This document shows positions 18,501 through 25,160 of a stretch of DNA of 25,160 nucleotides, piece after piece. Position 1 is the first letter of the stretch, and each line of letters begins with the position of its first letter. The stretch is from a virus (taxonomy: Duplodnaviria > Caudoviricetes). The position numbers and the translations under genes were made by a program. The notes beneath the pieces are model-generated. The model saw nothing but the letters and a program-made list of their open reading frames with translations. It was not told the DNA's origin and did no database searches. The stretch lies in the IMG/VR virus record IMGVR_UViG_3300032216_000888, positions 1 to 25,160 of that record; one strand, 5' to 3'.

Positions 18501-19502
18501 ACCATCACAATCACAGCGCCATCGCAGCCGACAGTCACGCAGCAGGTGATCGATAACAACGTGCTGTTGCGCTGGACCGATGCCACGCAGACATTGCCAA
18601 TTGTCAACTATGAAGTGCGCCGGGGCAGCACCTGGGCCACCGCCACCGTGATCGGCCTCAAGCAAGGTGGTTTCACAACTGTTTTTGAGACGGCGTCCGG
18701 GACCTACACCTATTGGATTGCAGGCATCGATGCAGCAGGAAATTACGGCACACCTGGCAGTATATCTGCGCTTGTAAATCAACCGCCTGATTACGTTCTC
18801 AAATACAATTTTGACAGCACTTTTTCAGGCACCAAGACCAATACTGTCATTGACACCGGCGGCTTGGTTGCATCCGTCAGCGCAACCGAAACATGGCAAT
18901 CGCACTTCACAAGTCGCAGCTGGACGACACCGCAGGATCAGATCAACGCAGGCTTCCCCTATTACGGGATGCCATCGCAAACCAGCGGCTCCTATGAGGA
19001 AACGATCGACTACGGCACCGTGCTGGCTGCAACCAAGATCACTGCAACGATGACGAGCACCAACGTTGCTGGTTCAAGCGTGGTGACGCCAACCATCAGC
19101 GTGCGCAAGCTCTCGACCGATCCATGGACCGACTACGCCGGCCTGAGCCAGGTCTACGCCACGCAGTTCCAGTATTTCAAAATCAAGTACACCTTCACCA
19201 GTGCTGGCGGCGACGACCTGCTGCTGGTAACGGGCCTGAACTATCGCTTGGATGCCAAGCTCCGCAATGACTCTGGCAATGCCACCGCGAATTCGGGTGA
19301 CAGCGGCGGGACGGTGGTGAACTTCAACATCGCTTTCGTGGATGTGGATTCAATTTCGGTGACGCCGCTTACTACCGCTGCTGTCATAGCAGTCTATGAT
19401 TTCACTGATGTCCCCAACCCCACAAGCTTCAAGGTGCTGCTGTTCAACACATCAGGCACGCGAGTGAGTGGGGCTTTCAGCTGGAGCGCTAGAGGCGTCT
19501 AA
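15525..19502 (+). CDS. Tail tip / host specificity protein J with FnIII-like repeats
   Basis: DLISEGEIYG, YPNSALVG, WTSDPAWCLWDLL, EPRFSCN, CTSRGQAHRIGEW, PGQIIEISDP. Confidence 0.94.
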   Translation: MSNLIRGAGGGGDGGGGKGGDSGGGSQHTPTEAANSLFSTSYAKLIDLISEGEIYGLVNGLKSIYVDNTPLQNPDGSYNFQNVTVYTKTGTQAQTYIPGFDDVANEVSVGTTVTASTPIVRTITNTAINAAKVTISVPQLQQFTDQGDINGTSIQLQIAVQYNGGGFTTVIDDIISGRTGQQYQKQYLVNFSGAFPVDIRVTRVTADSGSSKLINAFNWSSYTEVTYAKLAYPNSALVGVRIDAEQFSNIPSRAYRVRGIKVKIPSNGTVNSTTGAITYTGTWDGTFGAAQWTSDPAWCLWDLLTSTRYGFGNHIDTTQLDKWAFYSASQYCGTSVPDGFGGTEPRFSCNVNIQTADDAYKLINDMSSVFRAMPYWSTGALTVAQDKPSDPAYLFTYANVSEEGFSYSGSSLKTRPTVAVVQYMDLSLRNAAFEVVEDQKAISKYGVIKTEITAFACTSRGQAHRIGEWLLYSSQYETETVSFMASIDAGVLVRPGQIIEISDPVRAGSRRGGRIKSATTTAITVDDATGLSATNTPTLSVILSDGTVQARSVSTVVGNVITVSSAFSSAPNANSVWIFETSNIQTTTWRVLGIQEQDQCKYAITALSYNSSKYDYIERGVTLQTRTVSSLNAVPAAPTNISLTEALYSYQSQVRSKIIVSWKGVSGVNQYLVKYRKDYSNWTTVTRQNADYEILDTTPGYFEVNVYSLSAGGQSSATALTGTITALGKTAPPRDVTNFSYAIDTDLGLLLTWSPVPDIDVAGYEIRRGTSWSTATVVTTVTASTYKVGYLDDGNYTYLIKAIDTSGSYSTNAVSTTATFTSAAAPTVAATLNGSNVIINWTSVSGSLTTKVYELRYGATYATASVLATIQGTTFTLRSNWTGTRTFWVAAIDPRGRYGTAGSTSFTVNAPPQPSITSTITGTTLVMTWAAVKGTIETGYYEVRRGSTFATATSLGKINSTSYRVTTNWVGAQTFWVVAYDVNDTIGTEASATITITAPSQPTVTQQVIDNNVLLRWTDATQTLPIVNYEVRRGSTWATATVIGLKQGGFTTVFETASGTYTYWIAGIDAAGNYGTPGSISALVNQPPDYVLKYNFDSTFSGTKTNTVIDTGGLVASVSATETWQSHFTSRSWTTPQDQINAGFPYYGMPSQTSGSYEETIDYGTVLAATKITATMTSTNVAGSSVVTPTISVRKLSTDPWTDYAGLSQVYATQFQYFKIKYTFTSAGGDDLLLVTGLNYRLDAKLRNDSGNATANSGDSGGTVVNFNIAFVDVDSISVTPLTTAAVIAVYDFTDVPNPTSFKVLLFNTSGTRVSGAFSWSARGV
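17716..18780 (+). repeat. Four tandem ~88-aa FnIII-like repeats in gpJ
   Basis: YE[IVL]R[RY]G motifs start at 17814, 18081, 18345 and 18609 (spacing 267, 264, 264 nt). Each unit has W..YE.R.G..(F/Y)(W/L).. A/G-(I/Y)-D. Confidence 0.85.
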
Positions 19503-21880
19503 TGGCAAACGCAAACTGGAGCAACCCACAGCTCACCAGTACTTACACCAACTTCGTGTCGGAGGTGAAGAACCGAGACGAGGACCTGGCGCTGCAGTTT
19601 GACGGGACCACCAGCACCAACATCCCAACCAACGCCATCCGCTGGGATAGCACCGCTAACCGGTGGAAGAAATGGTCTGGCACAGCATGGGGTGAACTGA
19701 CCAGCACCTACGCGCTGACGGGCCTGACCACCACGGGTGCAGCAACGATCGGCACCACGTTGGGTGTGACAGGTGCCATCACTGGCAGCAGCACGATCAC
19801 CGGCACAGCCTTGATCCCATCGGGCAGCAGTGCGCCGACGAATGGGATCTATCTGCCGAGTGCTAACAACGTTGCGATTGCAACAAATAGCAATGGGCGG
19901 TTGTTTGTGGATGCTAGCGGGAAAGTTGGCATCAATAATGGTTCTCCGCAAGGCAGGTTTGAATCTGCTGCTGGCGACTCAACGGATTACGCTATCGTTG
20001 CAAACAATAATTATTCAAGCGGCGATCAAAATTACATTCGTTTCAATGCGTCTACTACCGCAATTGGAAGCATCAACCGCGTAACAAATGATATTGCCAT
20101 TAAGGCTAACTATGCTGGCGTTTCTTTCTGGACAGGTACTGGCGGAACTGCAACTCAAAAGGCGCTTATCGACAGCAGCGGCAACCTTGGGCTTGGGGTG
20201 ACGCCGAGTGTTTCTTATGGAAAAGAGCTTTCAATCAGTGCTGACACCGCCAGCGGAGTTGGCGGCCTTGGTGTTCGCAATTTTGCAACAGGCAATAATG
20301 TTATCTATCTATCTAATAACGTCAAGAATGCTGGGGCCTTTAGCAATTCCTATTGGACTACTGCGCCGGCCAGCAAATATGAGCAGAACCAAGGTATTCA
20401 TTCTTGGTACAACGCCCCCTCCGGCACCGCAGGTAACACCATCAGCTTCACGCAGGCGATGACGTTGGATGCCTCGGGGCGATTAGGCTTGGGGACTATG
20501 AGCCCAAGCCAGCCTCTGCATGTTGTGGGAGCCATTGCTTCAACAGGGCAAGCAAGTTCACTTACGGCTTCTTCGGCTTTCATTGATTTTAATTCCTCTT
20601 TTAATGGGACAAGGGTTGGCTCGGTAGGCAACACTACAGGAGCTGCTGGTCCAATTTATTTCTCCCAGTATTCTTCCAACGCTTCAATTGGACGTGATGC
20701 TGTAATCATTGACTCCAGCGGCCGCTTAGGGATTGGCACTACGAGCCCTAGCCAGCTTTTGCACGTAAGCGGTGGGTATTCCTTGCTCAACGGCTTACGG
20801 ATAAGTGGTGCCGATACTTCAAATAGTATTTATCAAGCCACTGCCTTTGGGTTAAGCAGTGGTGACTACATTACTTTTTCAACTAGTTCTGGTGGCCCTT
20901 TCGAGCGCATGCGCATCGACAGCAGTGGCAAAGTAGGGATTGGCACAATTGGGCCGCTTGCGAAATTGGATATTACGGGAAGCATTGCTCCTTTAATTCT
21001 TCAATCTACAACTTCTGCTACAAATTATATCACCCATAAACATCCAAGCAGTGGAGATATTGCATATTTGGGAGGCGGCGGGGGCGGTGCTCTTACAGGT
21101 GGAACAACGTCGGATTATGGTATTCGCGCAAATTTAGGATCGATAATTTTTGCTTGCAATGGAGACAATGAACGCGCCCGCATCATTGCCAGCGGTTTCA
21201 CCAAACACGCCGACGATGGCGCTTACATTGGCGCCAGCGCCAGTTACCACGAGTTTAACAGCTCGGTTAACAACGACGTTCTTAAGGTCCGTGCAACCAA
21301 CGCCAGCTACACCTCATCCTGCATAGCCACATCAACTAGCCTTGCTGCTGGTACTGCTAGCTATTTCGTTTATGGCACCGCCAACGCCGTCAACACTTTC
21401 CAGGTGCTCAACAACGGCAACGTCAAAAACATCAACAACAGCTACACCGCAATTTCAGACCAAAAACTGAAAGAAAGCATCGTTGATGCCAAATCACAAT
21501 GGGCAGACATCAAAGCCCTGCGCATCGTCAATTTCAAATTCAAAGAAGAAACCGGCCTTGAAACCTACAAGCAGATTGGCCTCATCGCTCAAGAGGTAGA
21601 AGCCATCAGCCCCGGCCTGGTGGATGAAACACCCGAGTTTGAAGAAGTTGAGGTTTCAACCGAAGTCGAAAAGACCCGGCCGGTACTCGATGAAGACGGC
21701 AACGAGACCACCGAGACCTACACCGAAATCGAAACCAGCATCGAGCGCCAGCTCACTGGTGAAACCATCAAGGGCGTCAAATACTCAATTCTTTACATGA
21801 AAGCCATCAAGGCATTGCAAGAGGCGATGCAGCGCATTGAGCAACTTGAGGCTAAAGTCACCGCACTGGAGGCTAACTAA
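19502..21880 (+). CDS. Tail fibre with C-terminal intramolecular chaperone (peptidase S74)
   Basis: Repeated D[AS]SG.[VL]G[IL] motifs, ISDQKLKESI autocleavage motif, GLIAQEVE, and a terminal coiled coil. Confidence 0.9.
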   Translation: MANANWSNPQLTSTYTNFVSEVKNRDEDLALQFDGTTSTNIPTNAIRWDSTANRWKKWSGTAWGELTSTYALTGLTTTGAATIGTTLGVTGAITGSSTITGTALIPSGSSAPTNGIYLPSANNVAIATNSNGRLFVDASGKVGINNGSPQGRFESAAGDSTDYAIVANNNYSSGDQNYIRFNASTTAIGSINRVTNDIAIKANYAGVSFWTGTGGTATQKALIDSSGNLGLGVTPSVSYGKELSISADTASGVGGLGVRNFATGNNVIYLSNNVKNAGAFSNSYWTTAPASKYEQNQGIHSWYNAPSGTAGNTISFTQAMTLDASGRLGLGTMSPSQPLHVVGAIASTGQASSLTASSAFIDFNSSFNGTRVGSVGNTTGAAGPIYFSQYSSNASIGRDAVIIDSSGRLGIGTTSPSQLLHVSGGYSLLNGLRISGADTSNSIYQATAFGLSSGDYITFSTSSGGPFERMRIDSSGKVGIGTIGPLAKLDITGSIAPLILQSTTSATNYITHKHPSSGDIAYLGGGGGGALTGGTTSDYGIRANLGSIIFACNGDNERARIIASGFTKHADDGAYIGASASYHEFNSSVNNDVLKVRATNASYTSSCIATSTSLAAGTASYFVYGTANAVNTFQVLNNGNVKNINNSYTAISDQKLKESIVDAKSQWADIKALRIVNFKFKEETGLETYKQIGLIAQEVEAISPGLVDETPEFEEVEVSTEVEKTRPVLDEDGNETTETYTEIETSIERQLTGETIKGVKYSILYMKAIKALQEAMQRIEQLEAKVTALEAN

Positions 21881-22047
21881 TGCCCTGCACCAAGGAACAG
21901 CTCGTCACCGCCATCAACAGCTACGCCGCAGCGCGTGCTACTGGCGATGGTCCGTTGGTTCAAATGGCCGCCGCAGTCCTGACACAAGCGGTGGACAGCC
22001 TGGAGTTCACCGAGCCCGCACCCGAGGAAGATGGCGGTCAAGAGTAA
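21880..22047 (+). CDS. Small 55-aa hypothetical protein (not in ORF track)
   Basis: MPCTKEQLVTAINSYAAARATGDGPLVQMAA... TAATG coupling to the fibre stop. Confidence 0.7.
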   Translation: MPCTKEQLVTAINSYAAARATGDGPLVQMAAAVLTQAVDSLEFTEPAPEEDGGQE

Positions 22048-22168
22048 GGTCGGCGCCGCCCGCGTTGATCACCAACCGGGCCGACCCAAAACCACCAGCC
22101 AAGGCCAAGGCCAAAACTCCCGCCCACGTCGCCGTGGTCATAAGCCCATGCGCGGGCAAGGGCGTTAG
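22031..22168 (+). CDS. Small 45-aa basic protein ending RGQGR (not in ORF track)
   Basis: GAGGA RBS. MAVKSKVGAARVDHQPGRPKTTSQGQGQNSRPRRRGHKPMRGQGR. Confidence 0.7.
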   Translation: MAVKSKVGAARVDHQPGRPKTTSQGQGQNSRPRRRGHKPMRGQGR

Positions 22169-22308
22169 TGGACCAACAAACTCGGGCAAACTGGCAACGC
22201 ATCAAGGATCACCTTGAAGCCGTGGGCCGCACCGATAACTGGTACTACCGCCGTGCCCTTGCCATCCTGGCCGGATCACCTGATCCTCTCGATAGACTGA
22301 ATAAGTGA
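22168..22308 (+). CDS. Small 46-aa hypothetical protein (not in ORF track)
   Basis: TAGTG coupling. MDQQTRANWQRIKDHLEAVGRTDNWYYRRALAILAGSPDPLDRLNK resembles, from recollection, a small cyanophage/picocyanobacterial family. Confidence 0.7.
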   Translation: MDQQTRANWQRIKDHLEAVGRTDNWYYRRALAILAGSPDPLDRLNK

Positions 22309-22320
22309 TCAGCTCCTGCC

Positions 22321-22560
22321 ATGGGCGGCGACCAGGAAAAAACTGTCGGTGAGCTGCTCGCGGAAGCACTGCCGCAAGTGATGGCTGTCGGCCTGATCGC
22401 CATTGGCGGTTTGTTGTTCAGTATGCAGATCAGTTTTACGCGCATTGATGCCAACGTGCAGCAACTGGTCAAAGCAATGGAAGAGTTGCGCACCGATACC
22501 AAATCCCATTTAGACGATTTGGAGCAACGTGTTCGCTCTTTGGAGATCAATCGGAAGTAA
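22321..22560 (+). CDS. Membrane protein, 1 TM + coiled coil (lysis accessory, holin/antiholin-like)
   Basis: Hydrophobic VMAVGLIAIGGLLFSM, then heptads ending LEQRVRSLE. Lies upstream of the lysozyme. Confidence 0.6.
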   Translation: MGGDQEKTVGELLAEALPQVMAVGLIAIGGLLFSMQISFTRIDANVQQLVKAMEELRTDTKSHLDDLEQRVRSLEINRK

Positions 22561-22578
22561 GATCAGGAGCATCCACCC

Positions 22579-22728
22579 ATGGATTTCATGGACCACAACA
22601 CCGCAACAGCGATCGCCATCGGCGTTGCTGCTACCAGCGAGATCCTTGCTTACACCCCACTCAAAGCCAACAGCGTGCTCCAGCTGGCCCTTCAGGTGCT
22701 GGGCGTCGTGTTTCCCCGTCGCCGCTGA
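22579..22728 (+). CDS. Putative small holin, 49 aa (not in ORF track)
   Basis: MDFMDHNTATAIAIGVAATSEILAYTPLKANSVLQLALQVLGVVFPRRR: two hydrophobic segments and a basic C-terminus. AGGAG upstream, directly before the endolysin. Confidence 0.65.
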   Translation: MDFMDHNTATAIAIGVAATSEILAYTPLKANSVLQLALQVLGVVFPRRR

Positions 22729-22740
22729 CTGGAACCCCAA

Positions 22741-23361
22741 ATGCAACTCCTTGACTTTTTCCGCTACTACCGCAGCGGAACGCCTCACCAGGACGCGGCC
22801 ATTGCTGAGCTGGAAGCCGCGATCAACAAAGCCGATGCCGCAATCCTTGACCGGAACGCCAACTGGTACAAGACCTGGCAAACCGCCGGCAAAACCACCG
22901 GCGCCGATGACCTCGGGCCAGCTTTAGCGCTGATCAGGGAATTCGAGGGCTGCAACCTCCACGCATACGACGATGGCGTCGGCGTGGTCACGATCGGCTG
23001 GGGCACCGCTCGCAGGTATCCCGATGGCCGTGCAATCGGCTGGCATGACACCATCACCCAAGCGCAGGCCGACGAGTACCTGGCCCATGAGGTCAATGGC
23101 ACCTACGGCACGTTGGCCAAAACGATCCCCTGTTGGGGTGAGATGAACGCCAACCAGCGCGGCTGCCTGACCAGCTTTGCCTACAACCTCGGCGCCTATT
23201 TCTATGGCAGCGATGGATTTGGCACGATCAGCCGAGCGTTGAAAGACAAGCGCTGGAAGGATGTCCCGGATGCGCTCAAGCTTTACCGCAACCCTGGCAG
23301 CAACGTCGAGGCTGGCTTGCTCAGGCGTAGAGTTGCCGAAGGTGTCGTCTGGTCTAAGTGA
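22741..23361 (+). CDS. Endolysin, GH24 lysozyme with N-terminal extra domain
   Basis: FEGCNLHAYDDGVGVVTIGWG (E-x8-D-x5-T triad), SFAYNLG, GLLRRRVAE. Confidence 0.92.
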   Translation: MQLLDFFRYYRSGTPHQDAAIAELEAAINKADAAILDRNANWYKTWQTAGKTTGADDLGPALALIREFEGCNLHAYDDGVGVVTIGWGTARRYPDGRAIGWHDTITQAQADEYLAHEVNGTYGTLAKTIPCWGEMNANQRGCLTSFAYNLGAYFYGSDGFGTISRALKDKRWKDVPDALKLYRNPGSNVEAGLLRRRVAEGVVWSK

Positions 23362-23873
23362 TCATTCCTGATTTCGAGATCCGCCGCTATTGCCAAGAGG
23401 AGGCAATGGTGGTGCCGTTCAATCCTGAGCTGTTGAACCCGGCGTCACTTGACCTGACGCTGGGTGATCGCCTGATGATCGAAACGGAAGAGCATTCCAA
23501 CCTCCAAATCCACGGCATCAGCCACCACACGCAGGCCGATCCTTTCCGGCTTCAACCGGGCGAATTTTGTTTGGCGGAAACGGCGGAAATTTTTAACCTG
23601 CCCGACGACATCGCCGCTCAGTTTGTGCTCAAGTCCAGCCGGGCACGCGAAGGCCTCGAACACCTCCTAGCCGGTTACTGCGACCCCGGCTGGCATGGCA
23701 GCCGCCTGACGCTGGAGCTGCAATGCGCACGGCGCCACCATCCGGTTGCCCTATGGCCAGGGATGAAGATTGGCCAGATGGTGTTTCACCTCATGGCCGC
23801 AACGCCTGAACGGACCTACGCTGTAACAGGACGTTACAATCGGGACGAACAGGTAACCGCCAGTAAAGGGTAG
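23358..23873 (+). CDS. dcd: dCTP deaminase
   Basis: LNPASLDLTLG, LQPGEFCLAET, KSSRAREGL, AGYCDPGW.G.LTLE, GMKIGQMVF. Confidence 0.9.
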   Translation: MIIPDFEIRRYCQEEAMVVPFNPELLNPASLDLTLGDRLMIETEEHSNLQIHGISHHTQADPFRLQPGEFCLAETAEIFNLPDDIAAQFVLKSSRAREGLEHLLAGYCDPGWHGSRLTLELQCARRHHPVALWPGMKIGQMVFHLMAATPERTYAVTGRYNRDEQVTASKG

Positions 23874-23895
23874 GCTTAAGAACGAGGAGAGACCC

Positions 23896-23926
23896 GACCC
23901 CGGTCATGGCTGGGGTCTTTTTATTT
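23896..23926 (+). terminator. Rho-independent terminator of the late operon, overlapping the integrase 3' end
   Basis: GACCCCGG-TCATGG-CTGGGGTC stem (one G-U pair) followed by TTTTTATTT. Confidence 0.7.
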
Positions 23927-25067
23927 GCGCCGCCACCAGCGCCACGTTGGCCGCGGCCGCTTCATCGATCAGGTGCGCGTACCTGGCAGTGGTCTGAGTG
24001 CTGGCATGACCAAGCTGGCCGCCGATCTGGGCCAACGTCAACCCAGCGCTGACGGCCATCGATGCCCACTGATGGCGCAGGTCATGCACCCGCAAGTTTT
24101 CGATCTGCGCACGTTCCAACAAACGCGCCCACAATTCGCTGTATGCAACAAGCGGCCGATCACCACGCCCATGAATCACCCAGCCACCATTGGTGCGTTG
24201 CCGGAGCTGCCGCAAGATTTCAACCGCTGCGGGCGGCAGATGCACCACGCGGTCATTGCCATCGCCGCCTGTCTTATGTTCAGCGGCAGGTATCACCAGG
24301 ATTGCGGCATCCAGGTTGACCCATTCCCAACGCGCTCGGATGATTTCGCCTACGCGGCAACCGGTGAGCAGCAGCAACCGGATCATTTGCGCAAATCGCA
24401 GCTGGTTGGCAGTGACAGTGAAATCATCAAGCGCCAGCAGCAGTCGTTCCAGTTCATCGCGGCTCAGGTAGCGGCGCCGCTTGCGTTCGCGGTTGGCGGC
24501 GATATGGCGGCATGGGTTCTGGCCCTGCGGCCTGAGGTTCCACAGCTCGGCCAGGTTCATCGCCTTGCTTAGCACCTCCAGCGCACGATTAGCGGTGATC
24601 GCCCTGCCGGCGCTGATTTGATGGAACCAGCGGGCGACCTCATCGGATGACAGCGCGGCAACTTTTGTACGGCCAAATGCCGGCAATAGATAAAGGCGCC
24701 AGAGCAGTTCCTGCTGCCGCAATGTGCTGGGCCGCAGCTTGGGCCAGTGCTCGCGTTTGATCCGATCAAGCAAGCTGACAATCGTGGCGCAATGCCGGAC
24801 CTGATGCTGGTGTTCGCCCTTCAAGGCAGATGCCAAAACCTGAAGCGCTATTTCACGTGCAACGATCGCGCCCAACACATTGCGCCGCCCGATCCGGTGC
24901 ATCACCTGGCGGCCATCGCGCAACCTAAAGCGCAGATACCAAGTGGCGACGCCGGAGGGCAATTCCAGCACCCCGAGGCCTTGCACTTTTGGATCCGGCA
25001 GCCATCGCCTCGTTATCACGCCATTTTCCCAGAAAGCCAGGAACGGGCGTGACTCTGTAGGAATCAC
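23904..25067 (-). CDS. int: Tyrosine integrase with N-terminal arm-binding domain
   Basis: TGCRVGE (R), HKT (K), HDLRH, LGH and RYAH (Y) catalytic set. N-terminal GLGVLELPSGVATWYLRFR. Start codon uncertain. Confidence 0.93.
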   Translation of the reverse strand: MIPTESRPFLAFWENGVITRRWLPDPKVQGLGVLELPSGVATWYLRFRLRDGRQVMHRIGRRNVLGAIVAREIALQVLASALKGEHQHQVRHCATIVSLLDRIKREHWPKLRPSTLRQQELLWRLYLLPAFGRTKVAALSSDEVARWFHQISAGRAITANRALEVLSKAMNLAELWNLRPQGQNPCRHIAANRERKRRRYLSRDELERLLLALDDFTVTANQLRFAQMIRLLLLTGCRVGEIIRARWEWVNLDAAILVIPAAEHKTGGDGNDRVVHLPPAAVEILRQLRQRTNGGWVIHGRGDRPLVAYSELWARLLERAQIENLRVHDLRHQWASMAVSAGLTLAQIGGQLGHASTQTTARYAHLIDEAAAANVALVAAQIKRPQP

Positions 25068-25160
25068 CGTGAGCTGTAAACCCCCGGAATCATTGGATTC
25101 CGTGAGCTATCAGGACGCAGCGTGAACCGGGCTGGAGGGTATATCTGGTGGCGAAGAACC

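Larger units (their letters stand above)
1..25160. mobile_element. Temperate lambda-like siphovirus (prophage or free phage contig): packaging, head, tail, lysis and integrase modules
   Basis: Unbroken lambdoid gene order from terminase to lysis genes, plus a tyrosine integrase. No host housekeeping genes and no broken ORFs seen. Boundaries lie at or outside the window edges. Confidence 0.95.

Noticed and set aside
21035-21043. HxH motif (HKH) in the tail fibre, as in iron-binding T4 gp37 tips
   Set aside because: A single occurrence without the repeated context, so easily due to chance.
19502-21880. Diversity-generating retroelement or invertible fibre segment
   Set aside because: No reverse transcriptase, TR/VR pair, invertase or inverted cassette is seen in the window.
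21837-22927. ORF-track calls 21837-22217 and 22529-22927
   Set aside because: Smaller coupled ORFs in other frames explain the region better, with RBSs and protein-like composition.
25146-25160. tRNA gene call for the CGCCACCA-ending sequence on the minus strand
   Set aside because: Only 15 nt are visible with no T-loop, so it is kept only as an att hypothesis.

Overview
The window is the complete packaging, head, tail and lysis arm of a lambda-like temperate siphovirus, probably a cyanophage (host inferred, not shown). On the + strand, mostly with overlapping stop/start codons, it runs: ParB-methyltransferase, small and large terminase, gpW-like adaptor, lambda-type portal, a Dps/ferritin-like gene, a protease-scaffold-major capsid fusion, neck genes, tail tube, -1 frameshifted tail chaperones, tape measure, M/L/K/I/J tail tip, a modular tail fibre with S74 chaperone, several small ORFs missed by the ORF track, holin-like genes, a GH24 lysozyme and dCTP deaminase. 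A convergent tyrosine integrase closes the window. The most striking observation is a candidate iron/redox module inside the head operon. A Dps-like protein with ferroxidase-spaced H/D/E residues is coupled directly to a capsid polyprotein whose N-terminus carries a HiPIP-like 4-Cys motif, and a Fur-box-like palindrome precedes the operon. Family assignments come from motif recognition only, and no database searches were run.
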